A DNA stretch of 63,568 nt, counting the filler, from Octopus bimaculoides (Eukaryota), in the NCBI RefSeq assembly GCF_001194135.2. It is 6 parts of 6 records of this genome, joined end to end, with 100 filler letters (N's around TTAATTAATTAA, not from the genome) between each part and the next. Parts side by side here need not be neighbours in the genome. Positions count along the whole stretch, not along the records: positions 22,199 to 36,944 come from NC_068991.1; 5 more parts are not named here. The stretch is one strand, 5' to 3'. The notes below the pieces were generated by a model. The model was not told the DNA's origin. It was given only the letters and a program-made list of their open reading frames with translations, and made no database searches. How positions within the stretch are numbered: the first letter of the stretch is position 1; each line of letters opens with the position of its first letter. Positions 22,324-35,438 of the stretch are shown piece by piece. Both the position numbers and the translations under genes were made by a program.

Positions 22324-23459
22324 GCATGTACGTGTGTGTGCGTGTGCATGTACGTGTGTGTGCGTGAGTGCGCTGCGTAGGTATGTATTTAAACTCTCCG
22401 ACACAGACTTTTCTATGCATCCGCACACAACTAATTATATAAACAGACGCATACACATTAGCATGCAGCTATACACATAGACATTTAAACACTCACACGC
22501 TTGCACATAATTATTCACACGCCCGAACGCACGCACACACACACACACACNNNNNNNNNNNNNNNNNNNNNNNNNNNNNNNNNNNNNNNNNNNNNNNNNN
22601 NNNNNNNNNNNNNNNNNNNNNNNNNNNNNNNNNNNNNNNNNNNNNNNNNNNNNNNNNNNNNNNNNNNNNNNNNNNNNNNNNNNNNNNNNNNNNNNNNNNN
22701 NNNNNNNNNNNNNNNNNNNNNNNNNNNNNNNNNGTGGTGGTGGCGGCGGCGGCGGCGGTGGTGGTGGTGGTTGTGGTCTCCGTCGTTGTAGTCGTCGTCG
22801 TCGTCGTCATCTTTGTCGTCATCATTGTTGAATAGTAGTCATGAGCGAATCAGTTCTTCTTCAGCGTTTTTAAAATTGGTAAATGCCCAAATTGGTAAAT
22901 ACCTGCTGCTCTGTTTTTCTACTTTGTTGCTGAGGTCCCTTTTCAAACCTAAAACTATTGTAGTTACCCAAAAACAGATCGCACGAAAACACTACGGCTG
23001 GAGTTTTATTTATCGAAGCAATTACAACATAATTTATGTCAGGGAATGGACATCTTCAAATTGAGGATACGGAGCGAGTTTTATGCTCACCTTGAATTTC
23101 GCTGTAGCGAAATTGTTGTAAGGAGAAAATTCTCAGAAGGAAGGACCGAGTGAGGCACCAAGTTTAACTCACATTGCACTGTGTATCTGTTCCTATTAGA
23201 AGACGGTCGACCCCGATCACGGGCGGTTGGGTGGATATAGTTGTAACTTAACGTAGATTAATGTGATCGTGTGTGTGTGTTTGTGCACTAGGAAGTCTTT
23301 TGTATGGCCATATAAATTGTGTATGAGCTGGTATTTGGCTGGGCAAACAGACCTGTCACAGCAGTGCTTTAAAAAGCCAATAAAAGCGTATACACCGTAA
23401 GACCTTCCTTTCTATCCTCCTGACAGAATATAAAGCAATAAGCAACAACCAATTCTCCG

Positions 23460-23650
23460 CACAGTTTCCGTACACAAAAGGCATTGGTCGACTCGAAGGC
23501 ATTAGTCGACTCGAAGGCATTGGTCGACTCGAAGGCATTGGTCGACTCGAAGGCATTGGTGGATTCGAAGGCATTGGTCGACTCGAAGGCATTGGTCTTA
23601 GTAGATGAGGCTTGTCCAAGGTACTGCGTTGCGAGATTGAACCCGGTTGA
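23460..23650 (-). mobile_element. Decayed CORE-type SINE containing an 18-bp minisatellite (23477-23597)
   Basis: Minus strand reads ccgggttcaatctcgcaacgcagtaccttggacaag..ctacta, matching the SINE head at 60010-60060; 6.7 copies of gaaggcattggtcgactc follow. Confidence 0.7.
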
Positions 23651-24204
23651 TATTTAGCCCCAGTCCAACCCTGACTGAGGAAACCTTTGATGAGACGCAT
23701 TCGAGTCGCATCCCTGGGGTCTTTTAAAAAAGTGTCTCAGATGACCTCATCTGACATATTCTTTCCTTATTTATGAAACCAGAGCGTGAGCCGAGGAAAA
23801 TTAGCCTACCATTTCTAACAGTGCCAATGACCGCATAAACGCTTCCTCGTTGTTCACTGTGCGGCAAATAGTAAAGAGGTCATTCACCGAGGTTTGAAGC
23901 ATCACGTGATCTTGGTTTTGGTCAATTAAGGATTGATGCACTTACGTTGAGATGTGTTCTAGCAGTTATTAATGCTGCCAACTTTGATATTCAAAACGTA
24001 TTAAATATAGCTTTATGTCATTAACATATTAATTGTATTTACTAATTGGTATAAGGTCAAGGCAATGGATTGCTAGAATCAGTGGGACTTTGGGCAAAGT
24101 GCCTTGTGGTATTTAGTTACACCGCTTTGCTTTCTAGGCTCAGCTCCAACTGAGGTCGACTTTGATTTTCATCCTTATAAAAAATGAAATGGCAGTGGTT
24201 GACC

Positions 24205-24355
24205 AGAATACTCTTACAGACACTCCGTCGCTCGCGACGGCGCATGTTCCAGTTGATTCGATCAACGGAACAGCCTGAACGGGAAATTAACGTGCAAGTA
24301 GCTGAGTACTCCACAGATACGTGAAACCTTAATGTACACTCTTAGGAAGATTCGG
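24205..24355 (-). mobile_element. Central-domain fragment of a tRNA-derived SINE
   Basis: cactccgtcg...gttccagttgattcgatcaacggaacagcc...aaattaacgtgcaagtagctgagtactccacag, homologous to 55690-55810 and 37046-37140. Confidence 0.75.
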
Positions 24356-24870
24356 TATGATTATTCATTTTATTATTCTGTCCTAGTGCATCTAGGACTA
24401 CATAACCTGGTGTAGCCTTGCTTACCGTTTACTCTTTGATCAGCTCTGATCAAGCAAACCTTTGCGATTTGAAAGGAGATTTGGCTGCTATTTCCAGTTA
24501 ATCCCGTGATATGGAGAGCTGCTCTCTCTGGTTTATATTTACGAATATGGAATAACTATATAGCCCTAGCTTAACTTTGATTGAGTATATCTAGAATCAA
24601 AGTTATTCCAGCCATGACGATCCCATTTTTTTTCTGTATACCTATAACTCCTTCCTCCAATGTAGCCTTTCTTTTTTTTAAACTGAGCCAGTCTATTTGA
24701 AGTAGATTTAGCTGCCATGACTCGCAAGTAAAACGACCACATATTCCCTCATTGGTATGTTGTGGTGGTCATATGTGGATTATAACGTTTCGACCAGAAA
24801 TTCATTTCTCTCTCTTCTTCTCTTTCCCTCTCTCTTCCCCCTCTCTCCCTCTCTCTCTCTCTCTCTCTCT

Positions 24871-24914
<44 letters not shown>

Positions 24915-25451
24915 TTTCCTACGGCATATTCATTCATAATTAAGGGGCTTTTGAGCGGTTACATGATCGACGAGAAATGGATGCCAGATGTTCCACAGTT
25001 CGCACACATTTTNNNNNNNNNNNNNNNNNNNNNNNNNNNNNNNNNNNNNNNNNNNNNNNNNNNNNNNNNNNNNNNNNNNNNNNNNNNNNNNNNNNNNNNN
25101 NNNNNNNNNNNNNNNNNNNNNNNNNNNNNNNNNNNNNNNNNNNNNNNNNNNNNNNNNNNNNNNNNNNNNNNNNNNNNNNNNNNNNNNNNNNNNNNNNNNN
25201 NNNNNNNNNNNNNNNNNNNNNNNNNNNNNNNNNNNNNNNNNNNNNNNNNNNNNNNNNNNNNNNNNNNNNNNNNNNNNNNNNNNNNNNNNNNNNNNNNNNN
25301 NNNNNNNNNNNNNNNNNNNNNNNNNNNNNNNNNNNNNNNNNNNNNNNNNNNNNNNNNNNNNNNNNNNNNNNNNNNNNNNNNNNNNNNNNNNNNNNNNNNN
25401 NNNNNNNNNNNNNNNNNNNNNNNNNNNNNNNNNNNNNNNNNNNNNNNNNNN

Positions 25452-25630
25452 TTAGTCGAAGAAATCGACCCCGGGACTTATTCTTTGTAAGCCTAGTACT
25501 TATTCTGTCGGGCTTCTTTCAGTTTCCATCTACCAAGTCCCCTCACAAAGCTTTGGTCGGCCCGAGGCTATAGTAGAAGACACTGGCCCAAGGTGCCATG
25601 CCACGCAGTGGAACTGAACCCGGAAACATT
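25452..25630 (-). mobile_element. CORE-type tRNA-derived SINE fragment
   Basis: Reverse complement of the SINE at 59982-60395 (ggcaccttgggc, ctactatagcctcgggccgacc, ggtagatggaaactgaaagaagccc). Confidence 0.8.
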
Positions 25631-25999
25631 CAGGAATCGAGTATATGTGGTATTTTATGGAGGGGGGCGCGAGACGATCCACTTTGTTTATCTCCATTAG
25701 AAAAGAATGCATATAAAGTTGTGGGTTTAAGAGTTTTGTTTCACAGCTCGTTGGTTTCACGTTCGATCCCAGCGTACAGCATTTTCAGCAAATATCTTCA
25801 ACCACAACAGCGAAAGATTTGTGAAAGAAACTTAAGAGGCTAAAAATGTATGGAACCACGTCAGTGTAATTATTCTTGTCTTTTTTTTGTGTGTGACAAA
25901 CATCATCCGTCATCCAGTTCAACACCATGATTTGCCCTTTAGGTGCCCTCGGCGGGGGTTCATTCTGCTGCAAGTACTCGAGGCACTACTACCTGGATT

Positions 26000-27544
26000 C
26001 CCCACCACCACCACCACAACAACAACAACAACCATAACCACCACTTTTATCAACACTACAGCAGCTACTACAACCAATGGGGTTATAATTACCACCACCA
26101 CCACTGCGTTAGACGGACCCTAATAAAAGGACCATAGCCACTGCCCCTTTTCCTCTTAAGGAGTGGACTTTTTTACGAACGCCAGAAATAATTCGTCAAC
26201 AGCAAATGTTGGGTTTTTTTAATGATTTGAGTAGGGTTCGAACGGGGAACCCAAGAGATCACTCCTCAGTGCAGTACTAGACATAATCGGTCAATTCACT
26301 CGGCTGTTTCTGGCAGCTCAACAGTTTCTGGTCAAACATCAAATATTATAATTAATCAATATGTCGACATGTAACGTCTGTTGGGGAGTGGGGGGGATAG
26401 AGGGGATTGTAATGGTGGGGTGGTGGGGTGTGGGTGCAGTTGGTAATGATAGTAACGCTTGTGGTGGCGAGAGGGGAGGTGACGTGGTGGTGTTAGCGGT
26501 GATGGTGATGGTGGTNNNNNNNNNNNNNNNNNNNNNNNNNNNNNNNNNNNNNNNNNNNNNNNNNNNNNNNNNNNNNNNNNNNNNNNNNNNNNNNNNNNNN
26601 NNNNNNNNNNNNNNNNNNNNNNNNNNNNNNNNNNNNNNNNNNNNNNNNNNNNNNNNNNNNNNNNNNNNNNNNNNNNNCATCATCATCACATCACGATCAC
26701 CGTCTTCATCATAGTCATCGTCGTCATCATCAACATCATCACCATCATCATCGTCATCGTCAACATCATCACCATCATCATCATCAGCAGCAGCAGCAGC
26801 AGCAACATCATCAATTTGTGTTAACTACACCAGTCAACACAGACACCAATAGTTTTCACTCCAGTTCTGACTCAAGGACCACCACCACCACCACCACTAC
26901 CATCAAAGCTACTACTACTACTAGAGCTACTGCTGCAACTGTTGCTGTGCTGCTGCTGAAAACACCACCACAGTACCCCCACCCCACCCCCACTACACTG
27001 CCACATCCCCGCCACCACCATCACCACAACCCGTTCTTCCTAACCAAAGAGAGAGAAGCCTCCAGATGCTCGCATGAACTGCTAGAAATAGCAGTCTAAT
27101 CACACGTAGGATAACACAGACCAAGTTTGGTTGTAAGTAGAGAGAAGATGAGACGGTCACGGCTGGAATGTTTTTAATCCTAGATCTGGATCATCAGGTT
27201 TTACCTGGTCTTGCACCTATCCCTGCGCACCAATCCTTCCTCCCCAGTACTTCGTCTCTCAATCCCACCACCTGTAGTCGTCAACTGTTGAAGACATGTA
27301 ACGTTCACCGCATTAATCTGACCTGTCTGGGACACCCTAGCAGCTAATTATATACTACAACCCAAACTGCAGCAACTTTTGGATTTATCACTACTCTACT
27401 ATAACCAATACCAGCACTACAACCACTTGTTCTACTGTAGCCGACGCTACTTCCACGACCATTGTTACCACAACCACAACAGTCGCTACCACAACTGACC
27501 TTACAATAACTACTACTACTACTACTAATATTTCGACTACCACC

Positions 27545-27578
<34 letters not shown>

Positions 27579-27595
27579 ATATTTCGACTACCACC

Positions 27596-27638
<43 letters not shown>

Positions 27639-28334
27639 TAACTGCCACTTCTGTTGCCATCAGCGATTCTAATATATTATCACCCCTACACCACCACCAC
27701 CCCAACCATTGCAACAACTACCAACACTACTGCCCATACTACCACTTTCCCACTACCACCACTACCTTCTACCACACCACTATTATCATCGAATACTACA
27801 ACACTCAGTAATACACCACCACAACTACTACCACCACCACCACCACTACCACCACTGTCACCACCAATACTACATTTTCTATTACTCCCATACTATAATC
27901 CCAACTACAACCTCAACCAGAGTCGATGTATGTAGGAGAGAGAGCATCTATACTGTAGAACGAACCTCCAGAAATAGCAGTCAAATCTCCCTCAAATCAT
28001 ACTTTACGCTGTTCGAAAAGGAAGGACTCATTGGTCAGTGTAGCGTAATAGATTATGAGGACACATGTTTTGGAAACAAGAGGCGGTGATGGGCATGGCT
28101 GGAAAAAATACACGCTTATTTGATGAAACCTGTCCTANNNNNNNNNNNNNNNNNNNNNNNNNNNNNNNNNNNNNNNNNNNNNNNNNNNNNNNNNNNNNNN
28201 NNNNNNNNNATTACTAATACTAGTACAAATAGTACTTATTTTATGCGAACACTTCATATAGTAATACTATTGCTGCTGCTGCTGCTATTTCAACTCCTGT
28301 TGCTGCTGCTGCTGCTACTACTACTACTACTACT

Positions 28335-28375
<41 letters not shown>

Positions 28376-28576
28376 CACTACTATTCTCTTTGCAACGTTA
28401 GGAAAACGTAAAATGTAAAACTATGAGTACCAGCATCGCCACCAGCACCACCATCATCATCATCATCACCACCAGCACCACCATCATCAAACTTCGGTCC
28501 CTCTCATCACAACAGTCACCATCATCAACAACCACATCAAAAAACAAATATATCATAAATAATAATTACAACGGTA

Positions 28577-28636
<60 letters not shown>

Positions 28637-28700
28637 CAACGTAAACCTCACCAACAACGACAACAGCAATAACAATAACAATACTGTAAAACATAACCAC
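26000..28700. repeat. Low-complexity field of trinucleotide repeats (CAC, TAC, CAT, CAG, TAA)
   Basis: Directly visible runs; the poly-T/V/H/Y ORFs in the track derive from them. Confidence 0.9.
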
Positions 28701-30230
28701 TGCAACAACAACAACAACACTATCGGCAGAGTATGCTACGATGTGAGTACATATGTAACAATCACTGCGACACACTGCGCAAAGCTTCCACCGCCGTCGC
28801 CTGCACCCACCCGACGGCACCACCACAACCACCACCGCCGTCGCCATCGCCGCAGAGTTCCATCGCTCTTTGCTGCCAGCTTCGCCGAAATTGTTGGCTC
28901 AGCTTTTACAAATATACACCACACTGCACACGGATGGTACATGAGGCTATATACTACGGTGTACCTGCGTACAATATTTGTGTGTGCGTGCGTGTGTGTG
29001 TGTGTATCTGTGTGTGTGTGTGCGTGCGTGTGTGTGTGTATGCGCGCGCGCGTGTGTGCGTGTGTGTGCAGGGAAAGAGAGAATAAGAGAGAGAGGAAGA
29101 GAGTGAGCGACAGTGACGGACAGACAGACAGAAAGGTAGATAGATAGATATTGGTATACATGCATATGTATATATATATATATATATATGCATATACATG
29201 TTTATATATATATACATATATATATGCATATATATAACATAAATATGAATATTTATAACACATGACGTTTAAATATACACAAACATATATATATATATAT
29301 ATTGTTGGAATTTTCAGAAAAACAAAAGACGAAGACAGGTGTATAAACAAACAGGTGTATTAATTTGACGCTCGGAAAGGTGATAAAGTCCTTTACGTTT
29401 CGAGCCTACGTTCTTCAGCTGTATAGACACATACACACACACACACATACATACCCGCGGCGGAAGTCAGGTCACTGAAGAGTGCATCTAGTAACATATA
29501 GTCCAGTACAACCTAGTGCCCGGCTGCCGGATTATCGGACACAAAAGTCGCACCTTCAGCAAGTTAATCTAGTGAGTGGGGCTGCTAAAATCCCAGATAG
29601 ACGGAAGCAATGCATCGGGAAATGACGGCTAGACTGCATTTAGGGTGAGCGATTGCCTAGCAATAACGGGTTGGTGTCTGGTGCACTGTGACCTGTGTGA
29701 GTGAGACAAAGCTTAGCTTATATGAAATCATGTCTCTATGAAGTTCCGCTGATAGAAATAGAGATCTTGCTATACAGGGAACGGTGAGGGCCACTTTGGA
29801 ATCTTAAATGCCTGTTGCAGACGATGTCACACCCGAGTCTGTTTTTGAACAGAAATACCTTGGCATCGTGCAACGTCGCACCCATACGATAGAAAGAGTG
29901 AATGTGGTTGTGGATATATATANNNNNNNNNNNNNNNNNNNNNNNNNNNNNNNNNNNNNNNNNNNNNNNNNNNNNNNNNNNNNNNNNNNNNNNNNNNNNN
30001 NNNNNNNNNNNNNNNNNNNNNNNNNNNNNNNNNNNNNNNNNNNNNNNNNNNNNNNNNNNNNNNNNNNNNNNNNNNNNNNNNNNNNNNNNNNNNNNNNNNN
30101 NNNNNNNNNNNNNNNNNNNNNNNNNNNNNNNNNNNNNNNNNNNNNNNNNNNNNNNNNNNNNNNNNNNNNNNNNNNNNNNNNNNNNNNNNNNNNNNNNNNN
30201 NNNNNNNNNNNNNNNNNNNNNNNNNNNNNN

Positions 30231-30291
<61 letters not shown>

Positions 30292-30432
30292 AACACAAAG
30301 TGTGGGGGGTTTAGTTCACAGGTGATCTAAACGATTAGGTATGCTAGGTAAGTGCTGTAACGGATTACTGGGGCTCCAAGGTTATAGCCGAGACGGTAGT
30401 TATGGAACCATTGCAGATTTCCGATGCAGCGG

Positions 30433-30919
30433 ATATATAATTGTTAAACAGGACAGCAAAGATTAAGGCGAGGCAAATATCTCAAATCGTATACAATATT
30501 ATTGTAGGAAGAAAGTCAAAGTCTTACAGCTGTTTCTAGGATATCCCACATGGATATACGCAGGATTGTATCTAAGGTCTTACGCTCATGGGTCTACGTT
30601 CGATTGCACCTAAGGACTCATGCTCTGGTTTCCATTACTTCGGAAAGTTGAACTATGAACTTGTATGCTTCTTTTTTATTCTTTCTTTTCATCTCCTTAT
30701 TGTTTTTCTCCTTTCCTCTATGTCGTCATCGCATTAATATACACTATTCTCATTTTCTCTATTTTTTCCCTATTTGGCTCTGATGACGGAATATCCCATA
30801 CTCGAGGATATCCCAGAAACATTAGTAAGACTTTGAATTTCTTCCTACAATAATACTGTATACGACTTGAGATCTTTGCCTCGCCTTAATGTTTGCTGTC
30901 CTCTTTAACAATTATATAT
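30433..30919. mobile_element. Small element with roughly 115-bp inverted arms carrying a hammerhead motif (probably PLE-derived)
   Basis: 30433-30547 is an inverted copy of 30806-30919 with few differences; the right arm overlaps the 3' half of a hammerhead fold. PLE origin is inferred. Confidence 0.6.
30776..30831 (+). ncRNA. Minimal type-I hammerhead ribozyme candidate
   Basis: ggct CUGAUGA c-ggaauaucc/ggauauccc-a GAAAC auua GUA agac. Core intact, 2-bp stem III, GUA triplet; C-A mismatch at the base of stem II and one mismatch in stem I. Confidence 0.6.
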
Positions 30920-30924
30920 ATGTA

Positions 30925-30965
<41 letters not shown>

Positions 30966-30975
30966 NNNNNNNNNN

Positions 30976-31021
<46 letters not shown>

Positions 31022-31264
31022 CAAAACTTCTATTGAACTGTTGTATTTGTAATTAATTACAAATTTTGCCTCATTATATCAATTACAGCGGCAATAACTT
31101 AATTATTCTGATATATAATCAGTGTGGCTGACATAGAATAATTGGCGTGAACGCTAACCAAGACTGGTCGGAATCGTCGTAGTTTTGCCCTGAGATTAAT
31201 TATTGTTTGATGTCATATTCCTTTTTAGGATTCCTTTGCTTATCGCCGTTGGCATGCCTTCGAC

Positions 31265-31505
31265 GTTAAAGAGTTCTATAGGCAACTATTTGGCTGCGGG
31301 TTCAATCCCACTATACGGCACCACGCGCAAGTGTCTTCTAACCCTAATACAGCCTCGGGCCGAACAATGATACCTTCTGAGTGAATTTGGTAGGTGGAAA
31401 CTGTGTGGAAGCCTGCCTTATATGTGTGTAACTTTGTACCTGTTTTCCCTACTCCTAGCGCTTGACAACCGGCGTTGGTTTGTTTATTGCTCCGTAATTT
31501 AGCGG
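31265..31505 (+). mobile_element. CORE-type tRNA-derived SINE fragment
   Basis: gggttcaatcccact..ggcacc..gcaagtgtcttcta..agcctcgggccgaac..gtgaatttggtaggtggaaactg, homologous to 59982-60395. Confidence 0.75.
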
Positions 31506-31849
31506 AAAAAGAAATCGTTCTTAGCGGGAAAAGAAATCGTTGAAACAATTATATAAAATATAAGATTTAAAAAAAAGACATAAATAATGAAGTCGATCTG
31601 TTTGACTAAAACCGTACAGAGCGGGTGGAGACGGTCCAAAAACTGGAACAAGTTTTCACCCATGTGACTGTGCCCATTCTGGGGCATTACAATCAATCGT
31701 TTTACTTAATCAAATCACACCTGTTAGTTATTTTCGTCTGCAACTGGTAAGATAGGAAATTGTCCTCCGTCGGGGAATTCTATTCGAGCTACCGGTTAAA
31801 TCCAGTACGGAGAAGGATTCAGCACAGATTTCGCTCATTAAATTCTACA

Positions 31850-32250
31850 ACCAAAGCATAGGTCAACTTTAGGGCTCATAGATCTGACATATGTAGAGGT
31901 AGAAGGGCATCGATCAAGATTTTGCAGAATAAAGAATTCTCCATAAACCACCGAGATAGATGTGGTATATTAACGAACTATCTCAAGAATTCTCGAGGTC
32001 ATTTTGATGGCCCCCATTGACCATTACCTGTAGCCTGCTGTAGCCTCTGATTGTGCCATCTGGCGACACACCAACAGTCTTTTGATCATTCAAGAACACG
32101 TTCAGGACTGGCATTACGTACAAAGACAGATCGATGCTAGTCTAATTCGGGACAGTTTTATAAACAACTGGTTCATGGCAATGAATGAAGAAGAAAGCCG
32201 GGTATAACGTCCTTGAGGATCAGTTAACAAGCTGTGAGACGTTCCGTCAA
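31850..32250 (+). mobile_element. Highly decayed LINE ORF2 C-terminal remnant
   Basis: Broken frames resemble the W.GH..RM...R.PK..FY.QL..G motif of RTE-type elements; weak. Confidence 0.35.
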
Positions 32251-32401
32251 GAAACATCCACTTTCTCAGTTTCACACATCAATAATATAGAAATGTGTCT
32301 GCATTTTTATTTAACCAATGAGGCATACTTCCATTAGAATTTATCTCATTTCTTTTAATTTACACTGTAGTTTGTCTGCATACACATTTAATTACGTACA
32401 C

Positions 32402-32433
<32 letters not shown>

Positions 32434-32539
32434 NNNNNNNNNNNNNNNNNNNNNNNNNNNNNNNNNNNNNNNNNNNNNNNNNNNNNNNNNNNNNNNNNNN
32501 NNNNNNNNNNNNNNNNNNNNNNNNNNNNNNNNNNNNNNN

Positions 32540-32585
<46 letters not shown>

Positions 32586-32767
32586 GAGAGAGAGAGAGAG
32601 AAAGATAGATAGAAAGATAGTTAGATAGATAGATAGATGTGTGTGTGTACATATCCTTACTCCCAAACACATACAAACATTGCTAAATAATTATCTTTAC
32701 GTTCAGCAAGAAGTGTAATCAGTATGCAACTACATACATGCTAAAACACACACACACACACACACAC

Positions 32768-32798
<31 letters not shown>

Positions 32799-32965
32799 CA
32801 ACATACATACATATATAAATACACAGGTATATGTGTTTGTGCTCTTTCACGCACATACGCACCTATATATATATGCGTGCATGTATACATACACATGCGC
32901 AAAAGATGGAGATTGCTTCCATAAAACCCCACAGCTGTCGTTGTCACCAACATCTGGAAGACTTC

Positions 32966-33030
32966 TTTGGCGCCAGTTTCTCTCTTTAATCGTTATCAAT
33001 CTAATGCTCAAGATGGCGGCCATATAAAAG
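32966..33030 (+). promoter_or_regulatory. Promoter-like motif cluster (E2F-like, YY1, TATA)
   Basis: TTTGGCGCC at 32966-32974, AAGATGGCGGCC at 33010-33021, TATAAAAG at 33023-33030. No transcript evidence. Confidence 0.3.
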
Positions 33031-33196
33031 TGAAGTCTCTCAGTTGTCGTGTCAAAGGAAGCTGTCTCTACAGCAGGCTCACACAAATACACAGCCGCAC
33101 TCATATTAACGTGCAGCATCGCTACACAACTGCACTCACACACTTGCACGTACACGTAATCTACGTACGTCTAAATGCAAGCACGCATGTGTATGT

Positions 33197-33278
<82 letters not shown>

Positions 33279-34699
33279 TTATATACGCGCATACAAACAT
33301 AGATTCATGCATACATACGCAAACTTTCATATCTGTGTAAACGAAGCTAGAGTTTTTTGAAAAAGTTTACAGTGATTGGGTGCAGAAATTGCGTTTAAAA
33401 CCTCGATGTGTTATTTACTTTTTTCATATGATGTCTACTTGTAGATACTCTGAGATTCTACAAGTATTAATACATGTGTTCTGTCTTGTAATGCTGTTAT
33501 TTTGTTTATGTTATGTAAACGTGCACGTCTTGAGTTACACTACGTAACAAACGGGTGCAGAGCTCTGGAAGGACCATAGTCTCTTTGCTGAATATATACG
33601 AGTGGTGTGGATAACTTTGCATTAATGTTACTCTCTTAGCCGTACGCTGAGCATATCTAATTTCTTTTGTTTATGTATTTTGTTTGCAACTTATTTCAAT
33701 AAAACGAATTGCTTTTTCTTTTCACTTCTTACATTCTCAATGTTTCTCTTACCAGGTCTTTATATTCCTTCGTAAATAGCTTCCCTATATTCAATAATGG
33801 TTTACTCGCCACAACTTTACAAAGTAAATGTCTTCATCTCCATCGGATTTATTCACCCTTTGTTAGGAAATCGCAACGGACACTGAATCTGCAAAAATGG
33901 TGGAGAAAATAAGGTTATATTTCCGCTGGAGTTTTACGGTGTGTTATCTGAAGTTTTGTGAACTGTACGTTCTGTGATTGGCCTGTTCAACGGAAGTGCA
34001 TGAGCAGCAGAAGACCATTTGTTTTCTAAGTTACTAAGTCAGTCTGCAAATAAGCTTCCTGTTATCTACTGACGTTCAATCATTAAAGCATTCTTTGTAA
34101 CGTTGTTTTAAACCAGTTCTGTGATTTTTAAAGTGGCTGACAAATTCTAATCAACGTTTATGCGTCAAAGTTTGAAAGGAGATCAAACTTTTGGTCTCAA
34201 ACTGAGACCGTCGCAATGCCTCGTTGGTTTTTTTACGATCATTCTTTAGGTTGGTTGCATGTTTTAGAATGACTGTTTAAAAAGGACTGCATTTCAGGAC
34301 TGGTTAAGTGTAGATTCACGATGATGGGCGCTCAAGGTGACCAGCCACTGCATTAGTTGTATTACTAGCTATTATATCTACCTATGTGGTCAGTATTTGA
34401 ATGTATTTGACGCTCAATCTATTATTATCACTGATATCTGCCGGAAATTATATTTTCATTTATCTCGATCAGTGTCAACGTGTTTCTGCTGAAATTTATT
34501 GTGTTTAACTGATTTAGTTTTCCCTCTAACCAATATCTCATCTAATCAATGACATTTTGAATAATAATGTGTCTTGTACTCACTTTACATTTAATAACTC
34601 TCTAATAGTGCGACATATTTTAAGCCAATAGAAATACGATTTCTACCGATATTTTTCTCATTAATAGAGTAAAAACCTTAATTAGCAGAATAGGATAAA

Positions 34700-35292
34700 T
34701 TAACTGCCATAGTTACACCTAATGGGGACCTGATAATCCGCAGTATACGGAGGAACGTTAATTTACCGGGAGTCACACGAAAAGGATTAATTGGACAATT
34801 CTTTTTTTGTTTTTTTGTTTTTTTCTTAGGGTTCTGTGACTGGTCCCATTTACTTGAACCTGCAGCGACATTCTGTCATACCAAGCATTCAGGAGGACTT
34901 TATAGATATGGGGTTATATAAGGCATTCTCACAATGCCATAGTAATGTTGGGACCTAGTTTGATGAGATTTTGCCAAGCAGTTGGATTGGACAAACAGGT
35001 TCGGGAGAATAACCACCGCGTTCCCTCGAACCCACATATTTCTGAAAAGACCAAGTTTGAGCTACAAAAGCAGCTACGGTTGGCAAAAAAGAGGCAACCA
35101 TTAAATGAGAATGCAAACAAATATTGAATGAAATGCTTCTCAGTGCCTTCGATTCCATTGTTTCGTGTTTTCAGCGGAATCTGGAGCAGAAAAGACATCA
35201 GTTTGAAATCAGGCGTTCATAGAAATATATCAAATTCTGTCAGTAGATTCTATCAAATTTTGAAAAGGAAATGCATTTTAATAAACCCTGAC
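34700..35292 (+). mobile_element. Decayed Tc1/mariner-superfamily transposase, C-terminal part
   Basis: Broken frames give WGPDNPQ, LPGVT, GSVTGPIYLNL, DEILPSSWIGQTGSGE*PPRS (compare WIGRRG..WPPRSPDL), and EMLLSAFDSIVSCFQRNLEQKRHQFE. Confidence 0.75.
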
Positions 35293-35334
35293 TTTACAAT
35301 CATTCAGTGTGACTACATTTCTTAGAATATCTTG

Positions 35335-35367
<33 letters not shown>

Positions 35368-35406
35368 TTATATAAAAACACACACACACATATATATACG
35401 TATATG

Positions 35407-35438
<32 letters not shown>

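Noticed and set aside
23095-23114. Near-perfect 20-bp palindrome aatttcgct-gt-agcgaaatt
   Set aside because: Single short occurrence with no supporting context; compatible with chance.
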